From positions 1,239,458 through 1,303,457 of the forward strand of contig NC_068985.1 in NCBI RefSeq assembly GCF_001194135.2: DNA of 64,000 bases, given 5' to 3'. This document shows, one piece after another, positions 51,057 to 64,000 of this stretch. Source of the DNA: Octopus bimaculoides (lineage: Eukaryota). Numbering within the stretch: the stretch's first letter is position 1; each line of letters opens with the position of its first letter. The notes below the pieces were generated by a model. It saw only the letters and a program-made list of their open reading frames with translations. It was not told the DNA's origin and ran no database searches. A program made the translations under genes and the position numbers.

Positions 51057-53138
51057 TATGCATACAAGCATACACACACTCACATTATATATTTATAAAA
51101 CATCAACAGCAACAACAACGTTAGTGATAATAATAATATTTTTCTTTATGAGCCACAGGGTCTGAAAGAGATACAAAAAATACGAAACTTTCACTAAAAG
51201 CTACAAAGAAAGAAAGGATAATGTAGAGAGAGAAAAATACCTTTACAAATTAGGAAAAGAGGTAATAAGAGATGTTACACAATACACGGAAGGATGCATT
51301 AAGAATATTGAAGATATGCATACATACACACGCACACACTCGCACACATACGTGTTCATCTTTCTCTCCAAACACTCACACATGCATACACAAATTCATA
51401 CACATATTTACATGAAAATATATAATTAAGTATAATAAAACGCATAATAATTAAAACAAGATATGATTTAAAGAACAAACATGAAAGATTTTTGGGCAGG
51501 TTGAGCTGGGCACTCCAGAGCCTTTTTCACGCTTAAACACTTCTCAAATTGTCTTTAAATGCAAGGAAATGCAGCACTAAGTCGTTTGTAAGACATTTGA
51601 TATTGAAAAGTAACAGGATTGTTTTTTTAAACTTGGACATAATGTCTTGATTTTAATTTTACTTGAAATCTATTTGTTGCATATTGTTTATATCCTGAAC
51701 TTAACTGCTTAGGTCAGTGGTACCCAAGATGAATAATTTTGTCTATCAACTGTTAGTTTGATTTCTGAAGAATGGTGAATCATAGTTCATTTTATTCTTC
51801 TCCATTATTTTCCTTAGGAGGAATTCATTGTTGAGTAGGAGACATTATTCCATCTCACCTATTTTGTTGTTTTATGTTTAGTCTTCTCTATGATTCAATT
51901 CCTAATTTTCCTCTTGCATTTTCACTAAGCATTTGTGAATTTCATCTACATCTATTATCTCCTCTTCATCACACAACTGAAGTGGTATTACAGGTTGGTG
52001 TTGTTAGGAGAGAGGCATCTGCTCATCTTTTTGAGATTCATGGCCAAAAGACATTTGCCATCTCCAAAGATTTTAATTAGTGGTGCTCTAGAGTTTGCTT
52101 TTGTTATTTTCCCTTTTTGTTTTTGTTTACTCTTCCTAGTTTTACTGAGCATTCAACCTTACGATGTATTTTACTCAGACAAAATACAACACCTAGGCTT
52201 TCTTCCCTGTATCACTAATCTTATGGCCTTTTCTTGGCCCTTTCTGCTTTGCACAGTTTCGATAAGGCTCTGTTGTCTTTAGGTGTTTTTAGAATTTGCA
52301 AGTCCTTTTCAATGCCCCTGACCACAGTTCACCTTTCATTACATTGCTTTAATTATTCTCCCTTACCGAAGCACAAAAGTCAGACACTGCTAGCCATGGG
52401 TCTATGTCATATCTAGTGCCTTTTATAGTAACTCTTGTATTTATTTGACCCAGATACTGGAACACAAATATATAGTCAGAGGTATGTCTGACAATTTTTA
52501 GCCACTGTTTTTGCTGTCTTCAGATTTAAACCTACAGAAGATAATGTTTACTTCTTTCAATTGAGATAATATCCCCCAGTATGTTGTGAAGAACGTTGTT
52601 TTTAAGTTTATCTCTACACATTTTCAGGGCTAGTTCCAAATTCTACAGATGTAGGTCACAGTTTTGACTTATAAACCTTTAATAAACTTGGAAGTATATT
52701 ATGGTTGCAAAACGAAGTAATGTATCCCTAGCAGCAGTTAACTTTTATTTTATGACATGAGGGGAAATTGAATCTACTTTTATCTTTTCTTAAACAGATG
52801 TACATAGCCTTCCTTCCTAGGTCCCTTGTAGATCATCTCATTTGATGAAGCAATGCTGTCGGGTTTTACAAAATCCTCTCATCTATTTTGTTTCTTGCAT
52901 ATGTGTTCGACCAGAATATTCCATCTGCTCATTTTGTATTGAGAGAAAGTTTCTACCTTCATGCAGCTGCTACATGAATGGCCCATAGCTTTTGGAATTG
53001 TCTAAGAGTTGCAATTGTAACTGTAGTTGGTATTAAGGCTGTTGCTTTCTAATTTACATTTTTGTGACATTTTATTTTACTAATTGTTCACTAAAGTACG
53101 TTTTTTCTCTTCATCTTCTTGTACATTTAATTGTGAAC

Positions 53139-53212
53139 TTTGATTTTGTGTTGTATTTTAGACATTGAAGTGTTTTGATTTTGTGTTGTATTTTAGTCAT
53201 TGAAGTGTTTTG
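53139..53212. repeat. 35-bp tandem duplication
   Basis: tttgattttgtgttgtattttag(a/t)cattgaagtgt twice. Confidence 0.9.
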
Positions 53213-54280
53213 CTGTTGGGTATATTTATGGGTGATTGCCATTTTGGATGAGGAAAATAATTTGAGTAAAGAAAAATTTTTAAAGTTTCTGAAACAATCC
53301 ACTTTATGTGTGTGTGAGTGTGTGTGTGTGTCGTTGTCAACCCTCAGGTGTCAAGAATAGGCTTTCCTAAGGGAATTCTAGGTTGTTTTTTACAAGTACT
53401 CCGAAGAAAATTTCATCTGGTAATACTTGAATAAAACTTGTTTTGACGAGAGAATCAAAAATGTCTTCAAACGAGAATCAAAGATAACAACAACAACAAC
53501 ATAAGATAATAAACAACATAAGATGAAGTTCATGCTATCAACCAGTATGAGAATGAGCAGTGACTACGATCCATCAGCATTATCATCAAAGATAGCACCA
53601 TTAATTTTGTCATCATGTCCACTATCGTTGTTGTCATCATCATGAACAGAATCCTGGCCAAGACTATTACCTTATCAGCATCATTATTTCCACATCTAAT
53701 GCCATCTTTATCATCGCCAACAGCAATGCAACCAGCGTATTATAACTGTCGCTGCCATCCTCACAACCACTGACATCTTTAATGTCATTATGAATACCAA
53801 ATGCCACTCCCACCATACCACTACCTCCACTATCACCGCCGCCACTACTACCACCACCACCATTATCTTTAATATCACTAGGAGCATCACTACGACCCTC
53901 GATGTATAACCATCCCCATAACCATCACTGTCTGCAATGACTACAAAAACGAAACCATTTGAATCAACAAGAATGCTTCTATGCAGTTATGCAGTATACT
54001 AGAAATAGCAACCAAATTTTCTTCAAATCACATTCTACCTTCTTTAAATAGAAATAACCCTGACAATGCCGAGTGTAGAGTTTGTAGAGGTTAATAACGA
54101 TGGTTCTCCACTGTTGCTGTTCTTTGTGACTCACTCTTTGAAGTTCTTGTGGTGGCCACAGTGAAGACAGAATAGCTAAAGGAATTAGGAACAGGATAAT
54201 TGCCATTGTGCAACAGAGTTTTCTAGAACTCTACTTTTCAGCTCAGTGCTTTATACTAATCAGTTAATTGTCTCTATGGC

Positions 54281-54597
54281 CAGAGGCGGACTGGGTCTAA
54301 AAATATTGGTTGCCAGGAGACTAAGAGGGCCCACCCGCAACTACAAGGAGGCCACCCACAACTACAATGCTATCATTTATTTATTTATTTTTTTTGTTAA
54401 AAGTATTCTTTCCAACTATCTACAAACACAGCCAGGGTGAAATAATAAATGCATTCTTCCAGGAGTGAATAAAAAATTCTCAAACTTGAGGGGATGTCCC
54501 CCTTAGATACTAACATGGGCCCCCCATATATGGATTCTAATGGTGCAGGGGCCCACTTGCCATCAGGCAAGCTGGTAAGCTGGCCAGTCCGCCACAG
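54281..54597. mobile_element. hAT-like MITE, 317 bp
   Basis: 14-bp TIRs CAGAGGCGGACTGG / CCAGTCCGCCACAG (12/14). Flanking 8-mers tctatggc and gttatggc (6/8) are consistent with an 8-bp TSD. Confidence 0.75.
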
Positions 54598-55475
54598 GTT
54601 ATGGCAATGTTTGTGCACACTGGTTTTCAGGGCAAGAGGTGTTGTAGATATTCCTGAGAAGTTAAGAATTATTGAAAAGGTAGCGTCAAATACTGGAATG
54701 GGTAAGTGTTACTGTGGTAACAAATTGTTACATGTGTGTTCAAGTGGTCTAGAATGGTGTCATTGCTTTTTCTTCTTTGTAGCTTGATGTGAAAAGATTG
54801 GGTAGGGCTCCAGACAGCACCGTTTATGGTCTACAAGGGATTTAATGCATTGTTTTTGAGGAAATGTGAGATCTCTAAATGAGTTCAGTATGTTTGTGTA
54901 TTGCATCATGTTTTCCTGCTGTCTTCCATGTTTCCTCTGAACATGATAGACATGTTTGTTATCATCATCATTGCTGCCATCACCACCACCACCATCACCA
55001 CCAACTCCATCATCATCATCATCATCATCATCACCAACGCCACCACTACCACCACTGCCAACTCCATAGTCATCATTACCATCAACAACTCTATGGCCAC
55101 CACCACCACCACCATCACCAACTGCATTATAATCATCATCCTCATTGCCGCCTTCACCCCTCCATCACCACCACCACTAACTTCATCATCATCATCATCA
55201 TCATTGCCACCATACCACCTCCATCATCATCATCATTATAATCAATTTTGTGTATAGGCAATGTATGTGCCATTGAGTGTGATGATTGTTTTATCTGGTG
55301 TTTGTTGGTAAAAAAGATGGTGAATCTGGCAGGTGACACTGTTTCAAGTTATGTTTCTAAGTGATTTATGTCAGATGAAAGAGTTGTGAATATTTGGTAA
55401 CAGAGAGAAAGGTGCTAAAACACTTTAATAGTAATTTTCATCAGAATGACACAAAAATTTTAAAAAATAACTCAC

Positions 55476-55545
55476 GTAATCAAGATCAAAAGCTTTTGGT
55501 TGTAATCATTAACTTCTGCATTTTTTTCCCAATTTCTCAACCTGA
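55476..55545 (-). CDS. Candidate 70-nt exon (xRLRNWEKNAEVNDYNQKLLILIT)
   Basis: Acceptor (t)n-ccaaatgcag, donor TAC|gtgagt; single open frame, phase 1 to 2. No homology recognised. Confidence 0.3.
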
Positions 55546-58217
55546 CTGCATTTGGAAAAAAAAAATCTATCCTTTACAATTTTATTGGTGCTATTATCCA
55601 TAATTTTAAAACTATAAAAACGTGTGTTCCACCAGTAGGACTTTTATATTTGTGCAAAATATGTGAGAATATTTTGCATAAATTTAAAAAATTAGATTTT
55701 ATTGATGCCTGTTCTAAAAGTCCTCAATCAAGACTACCGTGGTTTTCATTAGAATAACTTCATGATTAGGTGCTTTTAGTTAAAAACATTACACACTGTA
55801 AAACATCTGTTCGTAAATTATCAAGATATTTAATATACTTTCATATAGTTTACTTCTATTAATTTGCATCCATTAAGTCATAGAAATATATGTAAATTAC
55901 TTCCACATGTCTGGTAAATTTGGGCAAATATTTTACATCTCATAGGCTTTAAGTTAATAGTGGTTGTCTTGGCAAATTAGGAAAGCAGATTCTGCTTTAA
56001 TAATTAAGTTATTTGCAAGACAATAACAGTAGTCTTTCCTGTTGATGGAAAATATATTAACATATTTAAGAGAGCACATCAAAAAGCTAACTTGGAAACA
56101 ATTATATAGCAAGGAAAAAGTTAATATTAGTCAAGGACTAATATCAGTTTTATTCTTTCAGCAAGTACAAGAGATAACTTTGAACATGTTTTTGTCTTAT
56201 TAAACCTCATCAGTTGAAGTTGTGATTTACTAAGTGAATGTATAATAAGTACACTTGTAGGTATATAAAAATAGAAGTTTTTGTAGATTCTACGTAAATA
56301 CCAATAAAGTTTATGATCAGTATGAAACTATGAATATCATTAAGTGAATATAAGATAAAGAAGTAAAGTGTTCCGGAGAATTCAGTCCTGGGAAGAAATG
56401 AATGGTTAAAGATTTTCCTACCAGATCTGACAAGTAATTTAATGATGGAAATGAAGGGAAGAGGGACACGTAAAACTATTAGGATTCTCTGAGGTGGTGA
56501 CTGCTCTGAATGATATGGAATAAATGAAAGAGTGTTGGATGGTGAATGAGTACCTATCAAGTGGGTGTCTTTTATGTCAATGCTATGTAGAATGTTGTTT
56601 ATAGGGTGGGTGTACTATCTTAGATATGTGAGAAATAGGCAAGTGAAGGCTGGAGGCAGATATTTTACAAATGAAGATACTCAGACAGGGTGGTTTTATT
56701 TTTTGTATTCTTATGGTACCAATTTATATGAGAAGCAGGAATCAGGATGAATGATTATTTTACAACTGATTTAGAATGATAATTACAAAGAGTACTCCAT
56801 AAATTGCTGAGTGAAGAATACATCGAGAACCACAGTTGGATAAATTGACAAAATGCTGTTTAGAAAGAATGTTGAATTTTCATACTGAGTCATCAGAACT
56901 GCTGTGATATTGGAGGAAAGAAATTCACTTAACATTCGATGGCCAAATCAATCAAAAATAGGTATTAAAGGAATAATTTTTCATTCTAAGCAGCAGGGTA
57001 GCATAATTGACATGTGCTCCATTAGTTTGACATGTTGAGCTCAAGAACAAAAACAATCCTACTCAGCATGGTTTTAAAACTACCTCAGTGATCAAAGGAC
57101 ACAAGAAGCCCAGTCTTATTACATTTACCACTGGTGGTTTTATGATATATCTTGTAATGATGAAATTTCTCGATTAGATTAACAGTAGATCAACTATGAT
57201 CTTTCATGCAAAAGAAGAAATGAAAGAAAAAAAATGACATGTATAAATCTCCTGGATTAGGTAAGTTTAACATAGGAATCAAAAGTCCATCATTTTAACC
57301 AGCTTGGAAATTGTATCAGTTTTATGAAATGGTAATTATTTCTGTAAAACTCTGGATTTTAACAGATAGGCAAAGCATATGAGACATTAAATAAAAGAAA
57401 TAAATGGTTGAAATGCTGCAGCAACCAATTAATTTTAGGTTTGAGTAACCAGAATAAAGGTCCAAAAACCAGTGCAAAATGGAGATCCTTTTTGTATGTG
57501 GAGTTTATTCAGTCCCAGTTGCCTGTGTGTTGGGACAATAAAAGATGCAATCCAACAAAGAACTAAAGTTATCTAAAGGAATGTAAAAGTATTATGATAG
57601 CAGAAAATCATTGAGAAAAAAAGAAGCAATAATTTAAAAAGAAAATTTTTTTCTGGCACCATGTCTGTGACAAAGGATTACCTAAGCCTCATAAGATCCC
57701 AATACTTCACACATATTCAAAAGTCAATGCATAAATAATGTAGTCTTTGTATATAAATGTTTTATTTATGCAAGTTGTTAGGCAATAAATTCATTTTCAA
57801 TCTCTAGTATTATCATATGTAAGCGCTTTACCTTCAAAATCCCTCAACTAAATCACACATCAATCAAATTAATGTAAAAATGAGAAAAGAAAGAAAAATA
57901 TTTGAAATAATGTAAATCAATATCTATAGAAACGAAAAGAATTTTGATAGAAATAAAGAAAATGCATTAAAGAAATAAAGAAATACATTAAAGTCTTCAG
58001 TACTTAAGATAAAGATGCGAAGCGGCAACGGGTTTTCCTCTTTGCTTTTTTTGGTTTTTTTTTACATTTTCAATTTCCTTTTATTGTGTGGAACACAATC
58101 TGTCATTAATAAGAAAAAAACTCAATCCTCAAAAATTCTTTGTATGCATAAAATGTATATACATACATACTTATACATAGCTACCTAAATATATATGTAT
58201 ATATATATGTGTGTGTG

Positions 58218-58253
<36 letters not shown>

Positions 58254-59019
58254 TGCACATATACACTTACTGAGAGTGAAAGAGAGTGAAAGCAACAGAG
58301 ATCAAATAGATTGTTGACCACAATACGACCTTTCAGATTAGTGCAAATAAACTCTTATTTATTAATTGGAATTAGAGATATATATCTCTGATCTTACAAT
58401 CACCACCATCTTCAGAATATCTTGCAGGTGTCTTCCTCATTGTTTTCAATTCGATTAGACTAGCAAATTGAAATGCCAAATGACTTAATTGTCAGAGATG
58501 TCAATAATGCTGTTTCTCATTGGTGTATAGTTAGTCTCCAATGTACTTACTAAATCTCTTACTCGTCATGCTGCAATTTGGCATTGACAATCCACAAGCA
58601 TCAGAAATTTCTTCAGTTTAGCAATTATATTATCGTTATTATTATAACAAAGGCATTATTATTGCCAAATTGACAGCAGACAAGTGAGGAATTATTTTCA
58701 AATTCGAAGGCAATCACACATTAGTCAAACTAGTTTGCTATTTAATTCTAAATATTCTAGTATCGATAATGTTGTATGCGTTGATTCAATACATGCATAT
58801 ACATATATATATANNNNNNNNNNNNNNNNNNNNNNNNNNNNNNNNNNNNNNNNNNNNNNNNNNNNNNNNNNNNNNNNNNNNNNNNNNNNNNNNNNNNNNN
58901 NNNNNNNNNNNNNNNNNNNNNNNNNNNNNNNNNNNNNNNNNNNNNNNNNNNNNNNNNNNNNNNNNNNNNNNNNNNNNNNNNNNNNNNNNNNNNNNNNNTA
59001 TATATATCGCATTCCTGGC

Positions 59020-59323
59020 ACGTGTAAAGACATTCGAGCGAGATCGTTGCCAGTGCCACTGGACTGGCTCCTGTGCAGGTGGCATGTAAAATACACCATT
59101 TTGAGTGTGGCTGTTGCCAGTACCGCCTGACTGGCCTCCATGCTGGTGGCGCGTAAAAGCATGCACTGCACTCTTGGAGTGGTTGGTGTTAGGAAGGGCA
59201 TCCAGCTGTAGAAACTCTGCCAAATCAGATTGGAACCTGGTGTAGCCATCTGGTTCACCAGTCCTCAGTCAAATCGTTCAACCCATGCTAACATGGAAAG
59301 CAGATTTTAAATGATGATGATGA

Positions 59324-59328
<5 letters not shown>
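59020..59328 (+). mobile_element. RTE 3' UTR with two repeat units and (GAT)n tail
   Basis: Nearly identical to 1-313 and 49640-49956. Confidence 0.9.
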
Positions 59329-59369
<41 letters not shown>

Positions 59370-59615
59370 GAAATTTGCAGGAAAACAAAAGACAAAGACA
59401 GGTGTATAAACAACAAACAGGTGTATTAAGCTAATGCTTGGGATAGTGAGAAAATCTTTTATGCTTCGAACCTATGCTCTTCAACAGAAAAGAACACAAG
59501 GAAATAAACAGAGAGCAAATAAAAAAAACTTTTGGAGCTGGCGGTCAATCATGGTGGTTGGATGGGCAGAAGTAGTTAAACAGGAGAGCTAGGAAGAAAT
59601 ATATGCATACATACA

Positions 59616-59669
<54 letters not shown>

Positions 59670-59834
59670 CAAATGAAAAATGTATTGTCAATAAACTATG
59701 ATAGATAGGAAACCAAAACTTGTAACTGATAAAGAATTAGGGACTCTCTGTGTCTTAAACATATATGTTTTAATGTCATCATTTATTTGCAACACATTTT
59801 TTTTTATCTATGTAGTAATGATATGCAACACACA

Positions 59835-60184
59835 ACCAATGTTGGGAGGATGGATGGAGGCATGACGTCGCCATCACTTGTGATCCCTCCAAACACCCTG
59901 ATGTTGACTGGATGTTTGATTTTTATCACTCTTGGTATATACACAGTCCTCAAATTGACACCCAAACACTCTGAAATGTTCATATTGGAGCTTCTGGACA
60001 AGCAGTACAGCATGTCATTTGCAAATTTCTGGCAGAGTGAATTGTGTTACGGTGCTGTATTTCTCAGAAATAGTCCCCAACTGACCCTACTATACTGTGT
60101 AGTGAACAAGAGCAAATAATAAACAATGCTCATGCATGAAGTTAAAAGTAGAAAATGGTGAAGATTTAGCCATCGCATCCTGTA
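59835..60184 (-). mobile_element. Tc1/mariner-superfamily (maT-like) deleted fragment
   Basis: TIR-like TACAGGATGCGATGGCTAAAT at 60184. SNMNISECLGVNLRTV fused to RVIKIKHPVNIRVFGGITSDGDVMPP. Confidence 0.7.
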
Positions 60185-60397
60185 TATATGTGTGTGTGTG
60201 TGTGTGGGTGTGTGTGTGTGTATCTGTGTCTGTGTATCTGTGTGTGTGTGTATTCTCACCAGTCACAACATCTCCCCACTCCCATTCCCTACTCTTGGCA
60301 ATTCCTCGCAATATATAGTATGACCTCCATACCTTGAGTGTATGCCTTGGCATTTTGCTGCCATCTCTCTCTCTCTCTCTCTCTCTGTTTCTCTTTT

Positions 60398-60428
<31 letters not shown>

Positions 60429-60604
60429 TTCTCTCTCTCTCTCCCTCTATCTAACTGGGTAACCATGTACCTCCTTTACAGCAAGACATCTGTCTCTGCC
60501 TCTCTGTCACACTCTATCCTTTCATCATTTGAGAAAAACAAATCGCCCGTTCCAATGCCCCCTCCCCTCTCCAAGATTCTTTGTGTTGTAACTTACTGTG
60601 TGAC

Positions 60605-60872
60605 CCTGCCAGTGTTGGTGCCATGTAAATGATATCCAGTCCACATTGTAAAGGAGTTTGCATTTCGAAGGGCATCCAGCTGTAACAACTTTGCCAGAAC
60701 TGACCTCGTCTGTGTTGGTTCCACTCTGCAGGATGGTTGGTGTCAGCAAGGTCATCCAGCCGTAAACACAATGCCAAAACAGACAGAGAAGTATGGTGCA
60801 GGCTCCTGCCTGGCCAGTTTCTGCCAAACCATCCAACCCATGCCAGCATGGAAAGCAGACATTAAACAATGA
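60605..60872 (+). mobile_element. RTE-type tail with duplicated unit (same subfamily as 19375-19700)
   Basis: catccagc...gccaraac at 60673 and 60753; ends catggaaagcagacattaaac. Confidence 0.75.
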
Positions 60873-61620
60873 GGATATGTATACACACCCTCATCATACT
60901 TAATAAAAATTCAGTGAGTGACAAACCTGGATGATTTGTGTAGTGAATGCCGCAGAAAGCCACACAAGTCATGAATTCACTTTCTGCCTCCTGAACAATT
61001 TTTAAATCCAAAGTTCAAACACTGGATAAAGTCAGTATAAATTCAGTACATAGTCAGATTATAATGGAAAAAAACACAAGAATAATGAAAACACAAAATA
61101 ATGAAGATTTATTTGTGATTAATCACCTACATACGTTTTAAATAGGATAGTATACTACAAAATGATGGTGTGCAACACTTATGCACAGAATAATCAATTC
61201 CACATTTGATCTATCAAATTAAAATACTATCATGAGAGTGCGAGGGGGAGAGAAAGACAGAGGGAAAGCAGGAGAGAGAGAGGGGGAAAGGGAGAGAAAA
61301 CATGATAGAGGATTCCAGCACCGTTCTATTCTCATGAAGGCTATAACACTACTGCTCATAGTTTAGAATATTTTAAGGAAGAAAGTAGTAAATTTGTGTC
61401 AGCTCATCCTTTCACTTATATTTGATCGTTTCAGCAGGTCAAAGGGTAAACTTGCTTCGGATTTATATTCATCAATTTATCAGATCATGACATCATTGCA
61501 ATTTAATACATATTTTATACAAGCATTCCAGACAACTAGATGAATACAAACAACAGCACTCAGTGCAGGACACATCTATATTTTTGCTGTCCAGTTTATA
61601 TACAAATAGAGAGTAAGGTG

Positions 61621-61998
61621 TGGAGACGCAATGGTCCAGTGGTTAGGGCAGTGGACTCGTGGTCAGAGGATCGTGGTTTCGATTCCCAGATCTGGTGTTG
61701 TGAGGGTTTATTGAGCGAAATCACCTAAAGCTCCACAAGACTCTGACAGTGGGTGGTGGCGAACCCTGCTGTACTCTTTCACCACAACTTTCTCACTCTT
61801 TCTTCCTGTTTCTGTGGTACCTGTATTTTAAAGGGCCAGCCTTGTCACACTGTGTCACACTGAATCTCCCTGAGAACTACGTTAAGGGTACACATGTCTG
61901 TGGAGTGCTCAACCACATGCACGTTAATTTCACGAGCAGGCTGTTCTGTTGATGAGATCAACTGCAATTCTCATCCTCATAACCGACGGAGTGCCAGA
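61621..61998 (+). mobile_element. tRNA-derived SINE, family D
   Basis: ggagacgcaaTGGTCCAGTGGttagggcagtggactc...GTTTCGATTCCc with box A/B spacing as in tRNA, followed by about 300 bp of non-tRNA body. Confidence 0.75.
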
Positions 61999-63754
61999 TA
62001 GTAAGGTATGTTGAAATAAATTTATTCATTAGATTGATTAATGAGGTCAAAATAAATTGTAATTTTATCGGTAATATATCTTAATATATATGCAATGGAT
62101 AGCGAAAGACTGGCTGAAGTAATGAGAATGCTAAAAGAAAAATATTAGGAAAAATGCTATTCATTATGGCAAATATTCCATTTCACACAAGAATACTATA
62201 TATTATATTCCAAATTAAGATGAGATTAATCAGATAAAGCAATTTTAAAAGTAGAAAACATAAAATAAATTCTCAATAAAAGTGACTAAATTAAATCAGG
62301 GGCTACTTACTCTGATACTTGTCATTTAATTAGATAATCTTGTATATAATAAGTTAATCCTAAGAAACATAAAACAAGTTATTTTAAATTTAAAAATACA
62401 GAAATTAAAGATTCAACATTTTATGTATACTATATAATTAAAAATTAAAAGATAATTTGAAATTAATTATCTTAAAAAATAATGAAATCATTTAAAATAT
62501 TTTAAAAACTTAAAATTTAAAAAATTTTAATAATTTTAAAAAGTGATACTTATAAAGTTAGAATAATTAAAATAATTGAAAGCAATTTGATTATATATAC
62601 TAAATTATACTAGCTACACTAAATATAACAGATCAAGAAAAAGCAGACTCGACCCATTATATTATTGTTGCATTGATCCTTATTATTTTTATTTATTGAG
62701 GAAGGTTTTGAAAGTTCTTGTAAATAAATGTATACAGTATAACAACAATTCATCTATTTTGTTTAATATGTTCCATTTGGAAGTAAGGATATGCTGTGTC
62801 TCTTAAAGGCATGAATTGCACTTTACTTTTATGCTATTGTAGGGTAGAATGCTACCTATTATAGACCATTTACTTTCATACCTAGCATTCTTTGTTTTAT
62901 GACTCCAGATAGATTTACATAAAGTAGTGAAGTTTACTTTCAATATTTAAACAAAGAAAGTGGTTATATAATCTTAATTTAAACCTCGTTGCTCAAGTGC
63001 TTATATAACAGCAGATATATTTCCCTGTTAATACTGAACACTTATAAGCTATGCCTTTTTAAGTATTGATTCTTTAATAAGAAGTTTAGCTGATTTCTAA
63101 ACTTATATGACCAGTTAGGCTTATCCTTAGATCGTTCTCTATCTCAAAGGTTCACATTCCATCTATTGTCAGCATAAATTGTTGAGCTAGGAACATTTAT
63201 CATCATCATCATCATCATCTATATATGATATATTTGACATGCTCACAGTATCTCTATTTAAATTGAATGTTTCTGATTCATTCCATTTTACTCAAGGTGG
63301 CTTATAATTGTCATTTTTCTTATTATTATCAATAACATTAATACGCCAATTTGTTCCTTTTGTACGTACCTGGCGTGTGTGTCACACTTACATCAAAGAA
63401 GAAGTGAGTGGCAAAACGAGAGAGAAGAGGACAGAGAAGAAGTAAGAGAGACAGAGTGAGAGAGAAAGAGAGAGACTAAGAGAGANNNNNNNNNNNNNNN
63501 NNNNNNNNNNNNNNNNNNNNNNNNNNNNNNNNNNNNNNNNNNNNNNNNNNNNNNNNNNNNNNNNNNNNNNNNNNNNNNNNNNNNNNNNNNNNNNNNNNNN
63601 NNNNNNNNNNNNNNNNNNNNNNNNNNNNNNNNNNNNNNNNNNNNNNNNNNNNNNNNNNNNNNNNNNNNNNNNNNNNNNNNNNNNNNNNNNNNNNNNNNNN
63701 NNNNNNNNNNNNNNNNNNNNNNNNNNNNNNNNNNNNNNNNNNNNNNNNNNNNNN

Positions 63755-63961
63755 GCATGCTATATCTATCATCCAGCATAGTTTGTTTTCTTTCTCAATT
63801 AAGACTATGTCTGGCTTCCTATTCTCTATCTCATGGTCGCCCTGAATCATGAAATCCCACAGGATCTTTGTATTATCATTTTCGATGATGCCTTCAAGTT
63901 TAAGGCTGTACGAATTTTTGGCTCGGTCAAGTCCAGTCCATACCTGTTGCAAAGAGTCCAA
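63755..63961 (-). mobile_element. R4/Dong restriction-enzyme-like endonuclease fragment, cut by gap
   Basis: KILWDFMIQGDHEIENRKPDIVLIEKENKLCWMIDIAC matches the REL-domain pattern WDF...RxPD...IDxA. Confidence 0.85.
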
Positions 63962-64000
63962 TGGACAAGCCTTACTATATTGTCGTGGTGTCTCTTATAT

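Noticed and set aside
51900-53050. Possible LINE relic on the minus strand (FQYLG-like motif)
   Set aside because: Too decayed to support a family call or boundaries.
61621-61700. tRNA genes at the SINE heads (also 2662, 33535, 38591)
   Set aside because: Box A/B are present but the cloverleaf is broken and each continues into a shared non-tRNA body.

Overview
AT-rich, microsatellite-dense eukaryotic genomic DNA from a gapped draft assembly (7 N-runs). The repeat content (tRNA-derived SINEs, RTE LINE 3' ends with (GAT)n tails) matches what I recall from Octopus. That assignment is inference, not a search result. No prokaryotic features, no intact long ORF and no host gene that I can name. 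The window is mostly decayed transposons: RTE, CR1-like, R4/Dong and Penelope-like retroelements, four Tc1/mariner families, a Tigger/pogo relic, a hAT-like MITE and about four SINE families. A few splice-bounded open frames may be exons of a long-intron gene (low confidence). The most notable structure is a set of minimal type I hammerhead-ribozyme relics of the Penelope kind. Two overlap head-to-head in a 117-bp palindrome (39361-39477), which sits inside a larger ~200-bp inverted repeat (38402-39555). A further copy lies at 48276-48320. Also notable: a PHD-type Zn finger inside an RTE reverse transcriptase, and an RTE 3' UTR built from repeated units with a constant 6-bp stem and a variable 8-nt loop.
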